The notes beneath the pieces are model-generated. The model was not told where the DNA came from. It worked only from the letters and a program-made list of their open reading frames with translations, and did no database searches. Shown in pieces: positions 50,471 to 59,550 of a DNA stretch of 64,000 nt. Each line of letters opens with the position of its first letter. Within the stretch, counting starts at the first letter, position 1. The translations under genes and the position numbers were made by a program. The stretch comes from an uncultured Chloroflexia bacterium (lineage in GTDB: Bacteria; Chloroflexota; Limnocylindria; Limnocylindrales; CSP1-4), in the NCBI GenBank assembly GCA_963746845.1, contig CAVVCZ010000001.1, positions 1-64,000 of the forward strand, read 5' to 3'.

Positions 50471-51265
50471 TCAGGGCGCGGGCGGCGAGAACTCGAGGTA
50501 CCCGCTGACCACGACGAAGCCCATCAATTCGTAGAGCGGCCGGCCCATCTCGCTGCTCTGGAGGATGGCGATCCGGCTGTCCCACGCCGCGCGGCCGGCC
50601 TCGATCGCGGCCCACGTGACCGCCCGCCCCAGCCCCCGCCGGCGAGCCCGCTCGATCGTCCCGACGGCGTAGATCCCGAGCGTCGCAGCGGATCGCACGG
50701 CGGCCGCCGCGGAGACCGGCACGCCGTCCAGGAATCCGACGGCCAGCCGGACCGAGGGGTCGCCCCCGAACGCGGGGCCGAACAGCCGCCGGAACCGCTC
50801 GCCGCCCTCGAGGGCCGTGTGCCAGGCGTCGAGGAGCTCGGCGCCGCCGGTCTGCACCTCGACGCCCGCGATCGGCGGATCGGGCGCGCGACCGGTCGGG
50901 ATCGGCTCCAGGACCATGACCGGCGTCGGCGACCCATCGGTGGTCAGGCCAAGGGATTCGGCGGCTCCGCGCAGGCGCGGGTCGAGGTCGTCCCGCACCT
51001 GGACCGACACCTGCACCTCCCGGCTCCGTGCCCACTCGACCGCCATCTCGACGTCCGGCGGAACCGCCGCGGGGTCGAGCACGAGCACCGGGTTGAAGAA
51101 CGCACTGTCGTTGCCCGAGACGATCGCGTGGACCGCGCCGAACCGGGCCGATCCGCCGCGCGGATGGCCGAAGCGTTCCGCCACCAGGGCGAACGCGACC
51201 ACGAGGTTCTCGTCCGCGAGCCGGCGCTGCTCGGCGACGTCCATCGACTCTCCCGTGTCCGTCAT
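50471..51265 (-). CDS. GNAT family N-acetyltransferase
   Basis: GIYAVGT, RRRGLG and LQSSEMGRPLYELMGF motifs. Confidence 0.87.
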   Translation of the reverse strand: MTDTGESMDVAEQRRLADENLVVAFALVAERFGHPRGGSARFGAVHAIVSGNDSAFFNPVLVLDPAAVPPDVEMAVEWARSREVQVSVQVRDDLDPRLRGAAESLGLTTDGSPTPVMVLEPIPTGRAPDPPIAGVEVQTGGAELLDAWHTALEGGERFRRLFGPAFGGDPSVRLAVGFLDGVPVSAAAAVRSAATLGIYAVGTIERARRRGLGRAVTWAAIEAGRAAWDSRIAILQSSEMGRPLYELMGFVVVSGYLEFSPPAP

Positions 51266-52587
51266 GCGCTCGCCCGGGCGCGCTCGTCAGGCGCCCGGCC
51301 GGACGTGAACGCCCGGTACAGCAACAGGTCGTAGAGGATCTTCACGCCGCCCGCGATGTAGAACGGCGCGGCCGCCAGACCCGCGTTGGACACGAGCTGG
51401 ACGGAGATCACCGGCGAGATCGCGGCCCCCGTGGTCCGGGCGATCCCGGTGACGCCCGCCGCCGCCGCGCGCTCGTCGGGCTCGACGACCGAGATCACGT
51501 AGGACTGCCGGGTCGGGACGTCCATCTGGCTGAGGCTGTAGCGGGCGAGGAGGACGAGAACGGCCAGCGGCAGCGTCGGCATCAGCGGCACGAGGATCAG
51601 CAGGACGTTCGACGGGAGATGGGTGAAGACCATCGTCCGGACAAGCCCGATCCGGGCCGCGATCCGCGACGCCGACAGGGACGACACGGCGGCGAGCAGG
51701 TTCGCGGCGAAGAAGATCGCGCCGAGGATCGCCGGCTCGACGCCGTACGTGACGTGGAACCAGTACGCCATGATGCTCTGGGGGATGAACCCGCCGCCGA
51801 ACGCGTCGAGCGCGAACAGGGCCGAGAGACGGGCGATGATCCCCCGCGACTTCCGCGCCAGCCCGAGGGTGCGCGACACCCCGTCGTCGGCCGACACCGG
51901 TGCCTCCACGGCCGGCCCGACCCGCCAGAACAGGACGGCCATCACCAACCCGATTGCCCCATAGGCGATGACCACGGCGCGGTACGCGTCGGCCGGCGCC
52001 AGACCCGCCGCGAGGAGGGCCTGGCTGACGAGGCCAGCGGCGAGCGCCCCGAGAGCGGTCGCCACGTAGCCCGCGAGGTTGTACCAGGCGAATGTCGGCG
52101 TGCGGCGGACGTCGGGTGTCGTCTGGCTCAGGGCCGCCTGCTCGACGGCGAGGAACGGCCCGACCTCGTTGCCGGTCGGGCTGATCACCCCGATCGTCCC
52201 CGCGATGATCAGGATGGCCACGGCATCGGTCGACGCGAAGACCACCCCCGCGATGATCATCAGCAGGGACCCGGCGATCAGCACGCGCCGGCGCCCGAGC
52301 CGATCGGCGCGAGTCGTCAGCCACAGGGAGATCACCGTGTCGCCGAGCAGCGTCAGGGTCAGGATCAGCCCGATCGGCCCGGGCCCGAGGCCCTGGGCGG
52401 CGAGGTACAGCACGAGGACGACGGCGAGGAAGCCGTAGGCGAACATCCGCAGGACGCGGGTCGTGAAGAGGAGCCGCCCGTTCCGGTCGAGGCCCCGGAG
52501 GCTCGCGATCAGGCTCGCGTCGATCGGCGCCGCCGGCGGCCGATCCGGCGCCGGATCGGGTCGGGGGACGGCGGGCGGGGAGGTCAC
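51262..52587 (-). CDS. MFS transporter
   Basis: ADRLGRRR, SPTGNEVGPF, MVFTHLPSN and SQMDVPTRQSY motifs. Confidence 0.9.
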   Translation of the reverse strand: MTSPPAVPRPDPAPDRPPAAPIDASLIASLRGLDRNGRLLFTTRVLRMFAYGFLAVVLVLYLAAQGLGPGPIGLILTLTLLGDTVISLWLTTRADRLGRRRVLIAGSLLMIIAGVVFASTDAVAILIIAGTIGVISPTGNEVGPFLAVEQAALSQTTPDVRRTPTFAWYNLAGYVATALGALAAGLVSQALLAAGLAPADAYRAVVIAYGAIGLVMAVLFWRVGPAVEAPVSADDGVSRTLGLARKSRGIIARLSALFALDAFGGGFIPQSIMAYWFHVTYGVEPAILGAIFFAANLLAAVSSLSASRIAARIGLVRTMVFTHLPSNVLLILVPLMPTLPLAVLVLLARYSLSQMDVPTRQSYVISVVEPDERAAAAGVTGIARTTGAAISPVISVQLVSNAGLAAAPFYIAGGVKILYDLLLYRAFTSGRAPDERARASA

Positions 52588-52648
52588 CGGCGAAGTCTAC
52601 GTGCGAGAATGCCCCCGCACGGACCCGTCAGCGAGGCTGCCTCCCGCG

Positions 52649-52930
52649 ATGCCGGACGAGACGAAGACGACCCACGTCCCCAGCCCCGACGAGCTCGCGC
52701 ATACCGCCGGCGAGCTGCACCATCCGGGCGACCTCGCGGACGAGGCCCACGGGCCGGACGATCACGGCGAGACGCATGGGCACGACGACCACGCGCACGC
52801 CGGCGAGGCGCTCGGCCCGGTCGACGTCTTTGCGTGGGGGGCGTTCGTCCTCGGCATCGCGGCGGCCCTGCTGATCGTCCTGTGCCTCGTCGTGTCCCTG
52901 TCGCTGGTCGCGAGCTCCGGCGCCGCCTGA
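52649..52930 (+). CDS. Small His/Asp-rich single-TM protein
   Basis: 93 aa with 10 His in the first ~50 residues and a C-terminal TM. Confidence 0.65.
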   Translation: MPDETKTTHVPSPDELAHTAGELHHPGDLADEAHGPDDHGETHGHDDHAHAGEALGPVDVFAWGAFVLGIAAALLIVLCLVVSLSLVASSGAA

Positions 52931-52958
52931 CTCCGGCGCCGCCTGCCTCCGGCGCCAG

Positions 52959-54665
52959 CTAGAACAGCCCGACCACGTTCCCATCGGCGTCGATGTCGAT
53001 GTTCTCGCCGCCCGGCTTCGATGGCAGGCCCGGCATCGTCCGCATCTCGCCCACGAGCGGCGTGATGAACCCGGCCCCGGCAGACAGCCGGATGTCCCGG
53101 ATCGGGACGGTGAAGCCGCTCGGGCGACCCTTCAGGTTCGCGTCGTGGCTGAGCGAGTACTGGGTCTTCGCCATGCAGACCGGGAGATGGCCCATCCCCA
53201 GGTCTTCGTACAGCTTGAGCGCCTTCCTCGCGACCGGTGTCAGCTCGATCCCGTCCGCGCCGTAGACCCGGGTCGCGATCGTGAGGATCTTCTCGCCGAG
53301 CGGCGCGTCGTCCGGGTAGAGCAGCCGGAAGTCGGCCTCGCCGCTCGCTGCCGCGTCCCACACGGCCCGGGCCAGGTCGGCGGCACCGTTCCCACCATCG
53401 ACGAAGTGCGTCGCGACGACCGCGGCGCGGGCGCCCGCGGCCAGGGCGACCTCCCGGATCGCCTCGACCTCCGCGGGCGTGTCGGTCGGGAACGAGTTGA
53501 TCGCGACGACGGCCGGGACGCCGAACATCCGGACGTTCTCGACCTGCTTGGCCAGGTTCGCGGCGCCGGCCCGGACCGCCTCGACGTTCTCCTCGGTCAG
53601 GGCCGGGTCGAGCGGCTTGCCGGCCACGATCTTCCCGACGCCGCCGTGCATCTTCAGGGCGCGGACCGTCGCCACGACGACCGCAGCGTCCGGGGCGAGG
53701 CCGGACGCGCGGCACTTGATGTCGAAGAACTTCTCGGCACCCATGTCGGCCCCGAACCCGGCCTCCGTGCACACGATCTCGGTCGTTGCGAGGGCCAGGC
53801 GGTCCGCGATGATCGAGTTGTTGCCGTGGGCGATGTTCGCGAACGGCCCGCAGTGGACGAACGCCGGTCCACCCTCGAGGGTCTGGAGCAGGTTCGGCTT
53901 GATCGCGTCCGTCAGGAGCGCGGTCATCGCACCGGCGACCTTCAGGTCCTCCGCCGTCACCGCGGACCCGTCGCGGCGGGTCGCCAGGACCATCCGGCCC
54001 AGCCGCGCCCGCAGGTCCTGGATGTCGTGCGCGAGCGCAAGGACGGCCATGACCTCGGACGCGACGGTGATGACGAACTCGGTCTCGCGGGGGATGCCGT
54101 TCTCGCGGCCGCCGAGCCCGATGATCACCTTCCGGAGCGCGCGGTCGCTGATGTCGACGACCCGCGGCCAGAGGACCCCGAAGGGATCGATCCCGAGCGC
54201 GTTCCCGTGGTGGAGGTGGTTGTCGAGGAACGCTCCGCCGAGGTTGTGGGCCGCGCCGATCGCGTGCACGTCGCCGGTCAGGTGGAGGTTGAAGTCGGCC
54301 ATCGGGATGACCTGGCTGTACCCGCCGCCCGCGGCGCCGCCCTTGATCCCGAAGACGGGCCCGAGCGACGGCTGACGGATGCAGACCGCTGCCCGCCTGC
54401 CGATCCGGTTCAGGCCCTGGGCGAGGCCGACCGTCGTGGTCGACTTGCCCTCGCCGAGGGGCGTCGGGCTGATCGCCGTGACGACGACGTACTTGCCGCG
54501 CGGGTTCACCGCCTCGAGCCGCTCGATCCCGGCGAGGGTCACCTTCGCCTTCGTGTGGCCGTACGGCTCGATCTCGTCGTCGTGCAGGCCCAGGTCGTGG
54601 GCGACGTCCATGATCGGGCGGGGCGTGACCGAGCGCGCGATCTCCAGGTCGGACGGAAAGCTCAT
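52959..54665 (-). CDS. fhs: Formate--tetrahydrofolate ligase
   Basis: PTPLGEGKST, GIKGGAAGGG, GPFANIAHG, EKFFDIKCR and MAKTQYS motifs. Confidence 0.97.
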   Translation of the reverse strand: MSFPSDLEIARSVTPRPIMDVAHDLGLHDDEIEPYGHTKAKVTLAGIERLEAVNPRGKYVVVTAISPTPLGEGKSTTTVGLAQGLNRIGRRAAVCIRQPSLGPVFGIKGGAAGGGYSQVIPMADFNLHLTGDVHAIGAAHNLGGAFLDNHLHHGNALGIDPFGVLWPRVVDISDRALRKVIIGLGGRENGIPRETEFVITVASEVMAVLALAHDIQDLRARLGRMVLATRRDGSAVTAEDLKVAGAMTALLTDAIKPNLLQTLEGGPAFVHCGPFANIAHGNNSIIADRLALATTEIVCTEAGFGADMGAEKFFDIKCRASGLAPDAAVVVATVRALKMHGGVGKIVAGKPLDPALTEENVEAVRAGAANLAKQVENVRMFGVPAVVAINSFPTDTPAEVEAIREVALAAGARAAVVATHFVDGGNGAADLARAVWDAAASGEADFRLLYPDDAPLGEKILTIATRVYGADGIELTPVARKALKLYEDLGMGHLPVCMAKTQYSLSHDANLKGRPSGFTVPIRDIRLSAGAGFITPLVGEMRTMPGLPSKPGGENIDIDADGNVVGLF

Positions 54666-55633
54666 CGAGGTCCTCTTGAGGCAATCGGTGCGGTCGAAAC
54701 GGTCGCAGGCGCGACCTCCACGGTCCGGCGTGGCGCACGGGGCGGGACGGCCGACGCCGGAAGACCGCCGGGCGCATCCTCCTGGCCCTTCGCCGCGCGA
54801 ACGAGGTGGGCGAGGAGGAGGGCGTTCGTCAGCGGGCCGACGCCTCCCGGGACCGGGGTGATCGCCGACGCGACGCGTCGGGCCGATTCGAAGTCCACGT
54901 CACCGACGAGCGCGCCATCGACCACGTTGATCCCGACGTCGACGACCACGACGCCGCGGCGGAGCATGTCGCCCCGGATCAGGCCGGGGTGGCCGACCGC
55001 CACGACGAGGATCTCCGCGTCCTTGACGTGCTTCGCGAGGTCGCGGGTTCGCGAGTGGCAGACCGTGACCGTCGCGTTCTCGCGGACCAGCAGGAACGCC
55101 GCCGGCATGCCGACGACCGCAGAACGGCCGACCACGACGGCCCGCTTGCCCTCGATCTCGATGCCGGACCGACGGAGGATCTCGACGGCGGCATGGGCCG
55201 TCGCGGGCAGGAATCCGTCGTAGCCGAGACGGAGCAGGCCCGCGTTCAGCGGGTGGATCCCGTCGATGTCCCGGGCCGGGTCGATCGCGTCGATGACCGA
55301 CCGGAGCCGGATGGTCGGCGGCAGCGGCATCTGCACGATGATCCCGTTGATCGTCGGATCCGCGTTCAGCGCCTCGATCGCGTCGACGAGGCTCGCCTCG
55401 GACGCCTCGCCGTCAACCTCCACGAGCCGGCCCTCGATCCCGACCTTCTCGCAGCTCCGGAGGATCTGCTGGAGGTACACCATCGACGGGGCGTCGCGGC
55501 CGCAGATGACGACCGCGAGGCCCGGCGCGCGGCCGTGTCGCTCGCGGTACGCGGCGACGTCCTCGCTGACCGCCCCCCGGATCTCGGTCGCGATCGGTCC
55601 TCCCTGGAGAAGGCGGGCGCCCCCGCGTGGCAC
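54662..55633 (-). CDS. folD: Methylenetetrahydrofolate dehydrogenase/cyclohydrolase
   Basis: GIIVQMPLP, DIDG, VGRSAVVGMP, DVGIN and PVPGGVGP motifs. Confidence 0.94.
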   Translation of the reverse strand: MPRGGARLLQGGPIATEIRGAVSEDVAAYRERHGRAPGLAVVICGRDAPSMVYLQQILRSCEKVGIEGRLVEVDGEASEASLVDAIEALNADPTINGIIVQMPLPPTIRLRSVIDAIDPARDIDGIHPLNAGLLRLGYDGFLPATAHAAVEILRRSGIEIEGKRAVVVGRSAVVGMPAAFLLVRENATVTVCHSRTRDLAKHVKDAEILVVAVGHPGLIRGDMLRRGVVVVDVGINVVDGALVGDVDFESARRVASAITPVPGGVGPLTNALLLAHLVRAAKGQEDAPGGLPASAVPPRAPRRTVEVAPATVSTAPIASRGPR

Positions 55634-55645
55634 GAGGTCAGGCCC

Positions 55646-56314
55646 TCATTCGCGGATCGGCTCCCGCGTCTCGCCGCTCCGGACCGTCGCGTGCGCGACC
55701 GCGGCGATCTCCTCGATGTCGTCGAGGAGGCGCATGACGTGCGCGGTCGTCTCGCCGGCCCACGCCTCGTCACCGACCGACGGCAGGTTGACCAGCACGT
55801 TGGCCGCGGCACCACGGGCGGCGGCCTCCGCCAGGAGGGCGGCGACTTCCAGGTCGCTCGAGGCGTTGACGTTGCTGCGGCCGACGAGCGACTCCGCCGC
55901 GGCGACGAGCTCGAGGCAGGCCTCGACGGTCACGAACGGCACCTCGGCCGCGCGACGCGCCGCCGCCCGCATCGCGGACTGACGCTCCGCCTGCTCGGCG
56001 GGCGTGTCCTTCGGGAGCTTCATCGCGGCGGAGAACACCGCGTATGCCTCGGCGTCGTCGTCCGCGAGGTCCAGCAGCCGGGCCGCCAGTCGCTTCCCGG
56101 TCTCGGCGGATTGGGCGTGGAGAGCGGCGTGGTCGGCGTACCTGGGCCGTCCCTCCGACAGGGCCGCGACCATCGCGACCAGCGCCGCTCCGAGGGAGGC
56201 GGCCACAGCCGATGCACTGCCGCCGCCCGGGACCGGGGCAGACGAAGCGAGCTCGTCGACGAACGCCCCGACCGTCAGGTCGCGGAACGACGATCGCGGC
56301 GGGTTGTCGGGCAT
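55646..56314 (-). CDS. fchA: Formiminotetrahydrofolate cyclodeaminase family protein
   Basis: ASSAPVPGGGSASA, DDDAEAY, NVNASSD and NVLVNL motifs. Confidence 0.88.
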   Translation of the reverse strand: MPDNPPRSSFRDLTVGAFVDELASSAPVPGGGSASAVAASLGAALVAMVAALSEGRPRYADHAALHAQSAETGKRLAARLLDLADDDAEAYAVFSAAMKLPKDTPAEQAERQSAMRAAARRAAEVPFVTVEACLELVAAAESLVGRSNVNASSDLEVAALLAEAAARGAAANVLVNLPSVGDEAWAGETTAHVMRLLDDIEEIAAVAHATVRSGETREPIRE

Positions 56315-56329
56315 GGCCCGATTGTAGGT

Positions 56330-56367
56330 GGCGCCGACCCCCGCGACGATGCGCGGAGGTCGGCGTC
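56330..56367. terminator. GC hairpin between the small SOS gene and the fchA promoter
   Basis: GGCGCCGACC...GGTCGGCGTC arms with an inner CCGCG/CGCGG stem. No U-tract. Confidence 0.4.
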
Positions 56368-56438
56368 GATGTCACCGGTCGGGACAGATGCGGTACCGGC
56401 GCACCCGTCCCGCAGGCGCCGTGGCGCGACAGCTCCCC

Positions 56439-56708
56439 TCAGGCGGCGCGCCGGTCGTTGTCCAGGGCGGTGATCGTCCAGCGGCGCGAGCGGTGCTGAT
56501 ACGTCAGGGAGAGGCGCGCTCGCGGCGTCTCCACCTCGAACATCGTTCGCGGCCCGGTGATGACCGGGAACGCGGCCGCTTCCTCGCGGACGGCGGCGAG
56601 GCGGGTGACGGTCAGATGCTCGTCCCCCCAGGTGATCTCTCGTGGGCTTCCGTCGAACCAGCCCGTCCGGACGTGGACCTCCACTGGCTCGACTCGGATC
56701 ATTGCCAT
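56439..56708 (-). CDS. 89-aa LexA-regulated protein (DUF6504/ImuB-C-terminal-like)
   Basis: AAGGAG RBS. Sequence MAMIRVEPVEV...PREITWGDEHLTV...FEVET...RRWTI. Two SOS boxes upstream. Confidence 0.75.
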   Translation of the reverse strand: MAMIRVEPVEVHVRTGWFDGSPREITWGDEHLTVTRLAAVREEAAAFPVITGPRTMFEVETPRARLSLTYQHRSRRWTITALDNDRRAA

Positions 56709-56796
56709 TCCAGGCTCCTTTGCGGCGAGCCGACGCCGGAGCGTCGACCGTTGGATCGCGTTGGCTCGCGTCCGTCGTCGGGGCACATCGGCGACT

Positions 56797-56851
56797 GGAA
56801 CGTCTGTTCGGTTCTGACGTCATCGTGCATCGAACAGGTGTTCGATGTCAA
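56797..56851 (-). promoter_or_regulatory. Promoter TTGACA-N18-CACGAT with two LexA boxes
   Basis: TCGAACAGGTGTTCGA at 56830-56845 and GGAACGTCTGTTCG at 56797-56810. Confidence 0.85.
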
Positions 56852-58176
56852 GAGCCGTCGAGGCGATCCTCTGCGTCCGGCGTGACATCTAGGCTGTCAC
56901 GGTCGTCCGGGTCCGGGTCGGTGTTCGAAGCGGCCTCGCCCTCGCCCGACACGTCCATCGCTCGCGGGTCGACCGGCGTCATCGGGTCGCGCTCGAACGG
57001 CGTGGGCAGCCGCGAGCCGACCAGCCGTGCCCGCGTGATCGCCCGCTCGCCGTAGCGGTGCCGCACGGCGTCCGCCGCCTCGACGACCTTCCGTCGGCGC
57101 GGGTCGTCGGCGTCGAACAGGGCGAGCTGATCCCGCTCGCCGAGGCCGCTCGCGGTCACGCCGAGGAGCCGGATCCGGACGCCCCGGACCTCCGGCCGGG
57201 CGAGCTCGACGGCCGTGCGGAAGATCGGCTCGGTGAGATCCGTGGCCTCCGCGAGCGTTCGTTGCCGGGTGATCGTCCGGAACGTCGTGTCGCGGATCTT
57301 GACTGTGATCGTCGAGGCCTTGACGCCACTGTCCCGCAACCGGCCGGCCACGCCCTCGCTCATCGCGAGCAGGGTTCGCTCGATCTGGTCCCGGTCGGAG
57401 GTGTCCACGTCGAACGTGTGCTCGTGGCCGATCGACTTGGCCGCGTCGCGATCGCCGACCGGGTCCGCGTCGATGCCCCGTGCCCGCGCCCCCAGCGCCG
57501 CGCCCATCTTTCCGAACCGTCGGATCAGGAGATCGTCCGGCAGCGCCGCCAGGTCCCCGATCGTTCGGACGCCGTACTCGCGGAGCACCGCGGCCGATTT
57601 CGCGCCGACGCCCCACAGCCGGCTGATCTCGAGCGGCGCGAGGAACTCCGCTTCCGTACCCGGCGGCACGACGACGAGGCCGTCCGGCTTCCGGAGATCC
57701 GAGGCGATCTTGGCGACCAGCTTCGTCGTCGCGACCCCGACCGAGATCGTCAAGTCGATCTGGCTGCGGACCTCGTCCTTGATCCGCCGGCCGATCCGCT
57801 CGCCGTCGCCGAACATCCGCTGCGACCCCGTCACGTCGAGGAACGCCTCGTCGATCGAGATCGGCTCGACCTGTGGGGTGAACCGGCGCAGGACGGCCAT
57901 GACGTCCCGGCTGACCGCCTGGTACTTGGCGCCGTCGACCGGCAGGAAGATCCCGTGCGGGCAGAGGGCTCCGGCTGTCCGGAGCGGCATCGCGGACTTG
58001 ACGCCGAACGTGCGGGCCTCGTAGCTCGCGGTGCTGACCACGCCCCGGTCGTTCGGCCCGCCGCCGCCGACGATCACCGGCTTGCCGCGGAGCTCCGGCC
58101 GGTCCCGCTGCTCGACGGCCGCGAAGAATGCGTCGAGGTCGACGTGGAGGATGGTCCGGACCGGCTCCTGGCTCAC
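56848..58176 (-). CDS. dinB: DNA polymerase IV
   Basis: HVDLDAFFAAVEQ, ASYEAR, ISIDEAFLD and KIASDLRKPDG motifs. Clamp motif QLALF. Confidence 0.95.
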   Translation of the reverse strand: MSQEPVRTILHVDLDAFFAAVEQRDRPELRGKPVIVGGGGPNDRGVVSTASYEARTFGVKSAMPLRTAGALCPHGIFLPVDGAKYQAVSRDVMAVLRRFTPQVEPISIDEAFLDVTGSQRMFGDGERIGRRIKDEVRSQIDLTISVGVATTKLVAKIASDLRKPDGLVVVPPGTEAEFLAPLEISRLWGVGAKSAAVLREYGVRTIGDLAALPDDLLIRRFGKMGAALGARARGIDADPVGDRDAAKSIGHEHTFDVDTSDRDQIERTLLAMSEGVAGRLRDSGVKASTITVKIRDTTFRTITRQRTLAEATDLTEPIFRTAVELARPEVRGVRIRLLGVTASGLGERDQLALFDADDPRRRKVVEAADAVRHRYGERAITRARLVGSRLPTPFERDPMTPVDPRAMDVSGEGEAASNTDPDPDDRDSLDVTPDAEDRLDGS

Positions 58177-58196
58177 GCGCGAATCATCGCGCCGCC

Positions 58197-58387
58197 GTCA
58201 TCCGCTCGTGCGGGACTAGCCGTTTCTGTCAGATGACCGCCGGGTGGCCGCTCGTCACGGTCGAACCGTCGATCGTCCGGTCTGGCCGCCCAGAATCAGC
58301 CCTCGGCAGCTACCAGAGCGGCGCCGACACACCCGTTCGGGCCCGAGTTGGTGACGAATGACCGCCCGGAGAGCGGATGACAGAAAC
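58197..58387. repeat. Nested inverted-repeat element upstream of dinB
   Basis: Arm pairs GTTTCTGTCA/TGACAGAAAC, GTCATCCGCTC/GAGCGGATGAC, TCGTCAC/GTGACGA and TCTGG/CCAGA. Confidence 0.65.
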
Positions 58388-58429
58388 CGCGGCGCCGCGG
58401 GGGGCGGCCAGCGGCGGCCGAAGCCGCGC

Positions 58430-58876
58430 CTACCCCTTCGGCTCGACGACGATCGTGACCTCGGGCGCGACACCCGAGAAGACCTTGATCGCGACCTTGT
58501 AGGTCCCGAGCGACTTGAGCGGCTCCTCGAGGTCGATCTTGTGGCGGTCGATCTCGATCCCGCGACGGGCGAGGGCGTCGGCGATGTCCTTCGAGGTGAT
58601 CGAGCCGTAGAGCTTGCCGCCCTCGCCGACCTTGACGCCCATCGTGAGGGTGGTCGAGGCGATCCGGGTGGCCGCGATCTCGGCCTCCTCGCGCTCGCGC
58701 TTGCGCTTGTCCTCGCGGCTGGCGATGTCGTGCTGCCAGGCGCGGTAGGCGCCGCCGGCGGCCGGGACGGCCACGCCCTGCGGGATGAGGAAGTTCGTGG
58801 CATAGCCGTCGGCCACTTGCTTCATCTCGCCGCTCTTGCCGAGCTTGGCGACGTCCTGGGTCAGGATGACCTTCAC
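58430..58876 (-). CDS. rplI: 50S ribosomal protein L9
   Basis: KVILTQDVAKLGKSG, GYATNFLIP and KLYGSIT motifs. Confidence 0.96.
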   Translation of the reverse strand: MKVILTQDVAKLGKSGEMKQVADGYATNFLIPQGVAVPAAGGAYRAWQHDIASREDKRKREREEAEIAATRIASTTLTMGVKVGEGGKLYGSITSKDIADALARRGIEIDRHKIDLEEPLKSLGTYKVAIKVFSGVAPEVTIVVEPKG

Positions 58877-59388
58877 GCGATCGGTTCCTCTCTGTTGATC
58901 CACCCGCGCACCCGCGGTGCGACGCCCGACTGATCGAAGGCGGCACCGGCCTGGCCGACGAGCTGCGGAATGCGGCGGATCGTCTTGCGAACCGGTCCCG
59001 GCGTCAATCGCCGGATCCGGGCCATGTCCTGTTCGAATGCCGTGCGCTCGATCCCGAGCTCGGCAAGCTTCTCGTGGAGCAGCTCCTCCGGGACTCCATC
59101 CAGGAACAGGTCGACGGCGAGCATCACCACGACCAGGTCGTCGAGCGCGCCGAGGATCGGGATGTCGTCCGGGATGATGTCCCGACCGACGAGCAGATAG
59201 CCGGCGGCGCCTGCGAGGAGGGCCTTTCGTGCGGCCGGCGTTCGGTCGTCGACGACGAGCGCGAGCATCAGGCGCGCGTACTGGGGCGCCCGGCTGGCCA
59301 GCGGCATGAACGCCATCAGGCCGATCGCCCGGTTGAGCGCCTGCGACGCGCGACCCTTCTGCTTGCGAGTCTTCGGCGGCTGCGCCAT
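58873..59388 (-). CDS. YkvA/DUF1232 family protein
   Basis: DIIPDDIPILGALDD motif. Confidence 0.85.
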   Translation of the reverse strand: MAQPPKTRKQKGRASQALNRAIGLMAFMPLASRAPQYARLMLALVVDDRTPAARKALLAGAAGYLLVGRDIIPDDIPILGALDDLVVVMLAVDLFLDGVPEELLHEKLAELGIERTAFEQDMARIRRLTPGPVRKTIRRIPQLVGQAGAAFDQSGVAPRVRGWINREEPIA

Positions 59389-59499
59389 TCCGCTCCCTTT
59401 CCCGATCCGACACCGTCCACGCACGTGCGCGATCGGCCGGGGGCCGAGAGTCTACCAGCCTCCGCCCCGCGGACCCGGCAGGCTCTCCAGGACTGCTCC

Positions 59500-59527
59500 T
59501 TGACATCGAACGTCCGTTCGGTATCAT
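59500..59527 (+). promoter_or_regulatory. lexA promoter TTGACA-N16-TATCAT with a LexA box as spacer
   Basis: TCGAACGTCCGTTCGG at 59506-59521 fills the spacer. Confidence 0.9.
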
Positions 59528-59550
59528 GCCCGCAGGACAAGGAGGCGCCG

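Noticed and set aside
56315-56438. THF or ZTP riboswitch before fchA-folD-fhs
   Set aside because: A TACAAT -10 box lies 6 nt from the ATG, leaving no leader, and no aptamer consensus is visible.
58177-58260. LexA box directly upstream of dinB
   Set aside because: No GAAC-N4-GTTC found. The TCGAAC and GTTCGG words further up are about 67 nt apart and belong to the palindrome.
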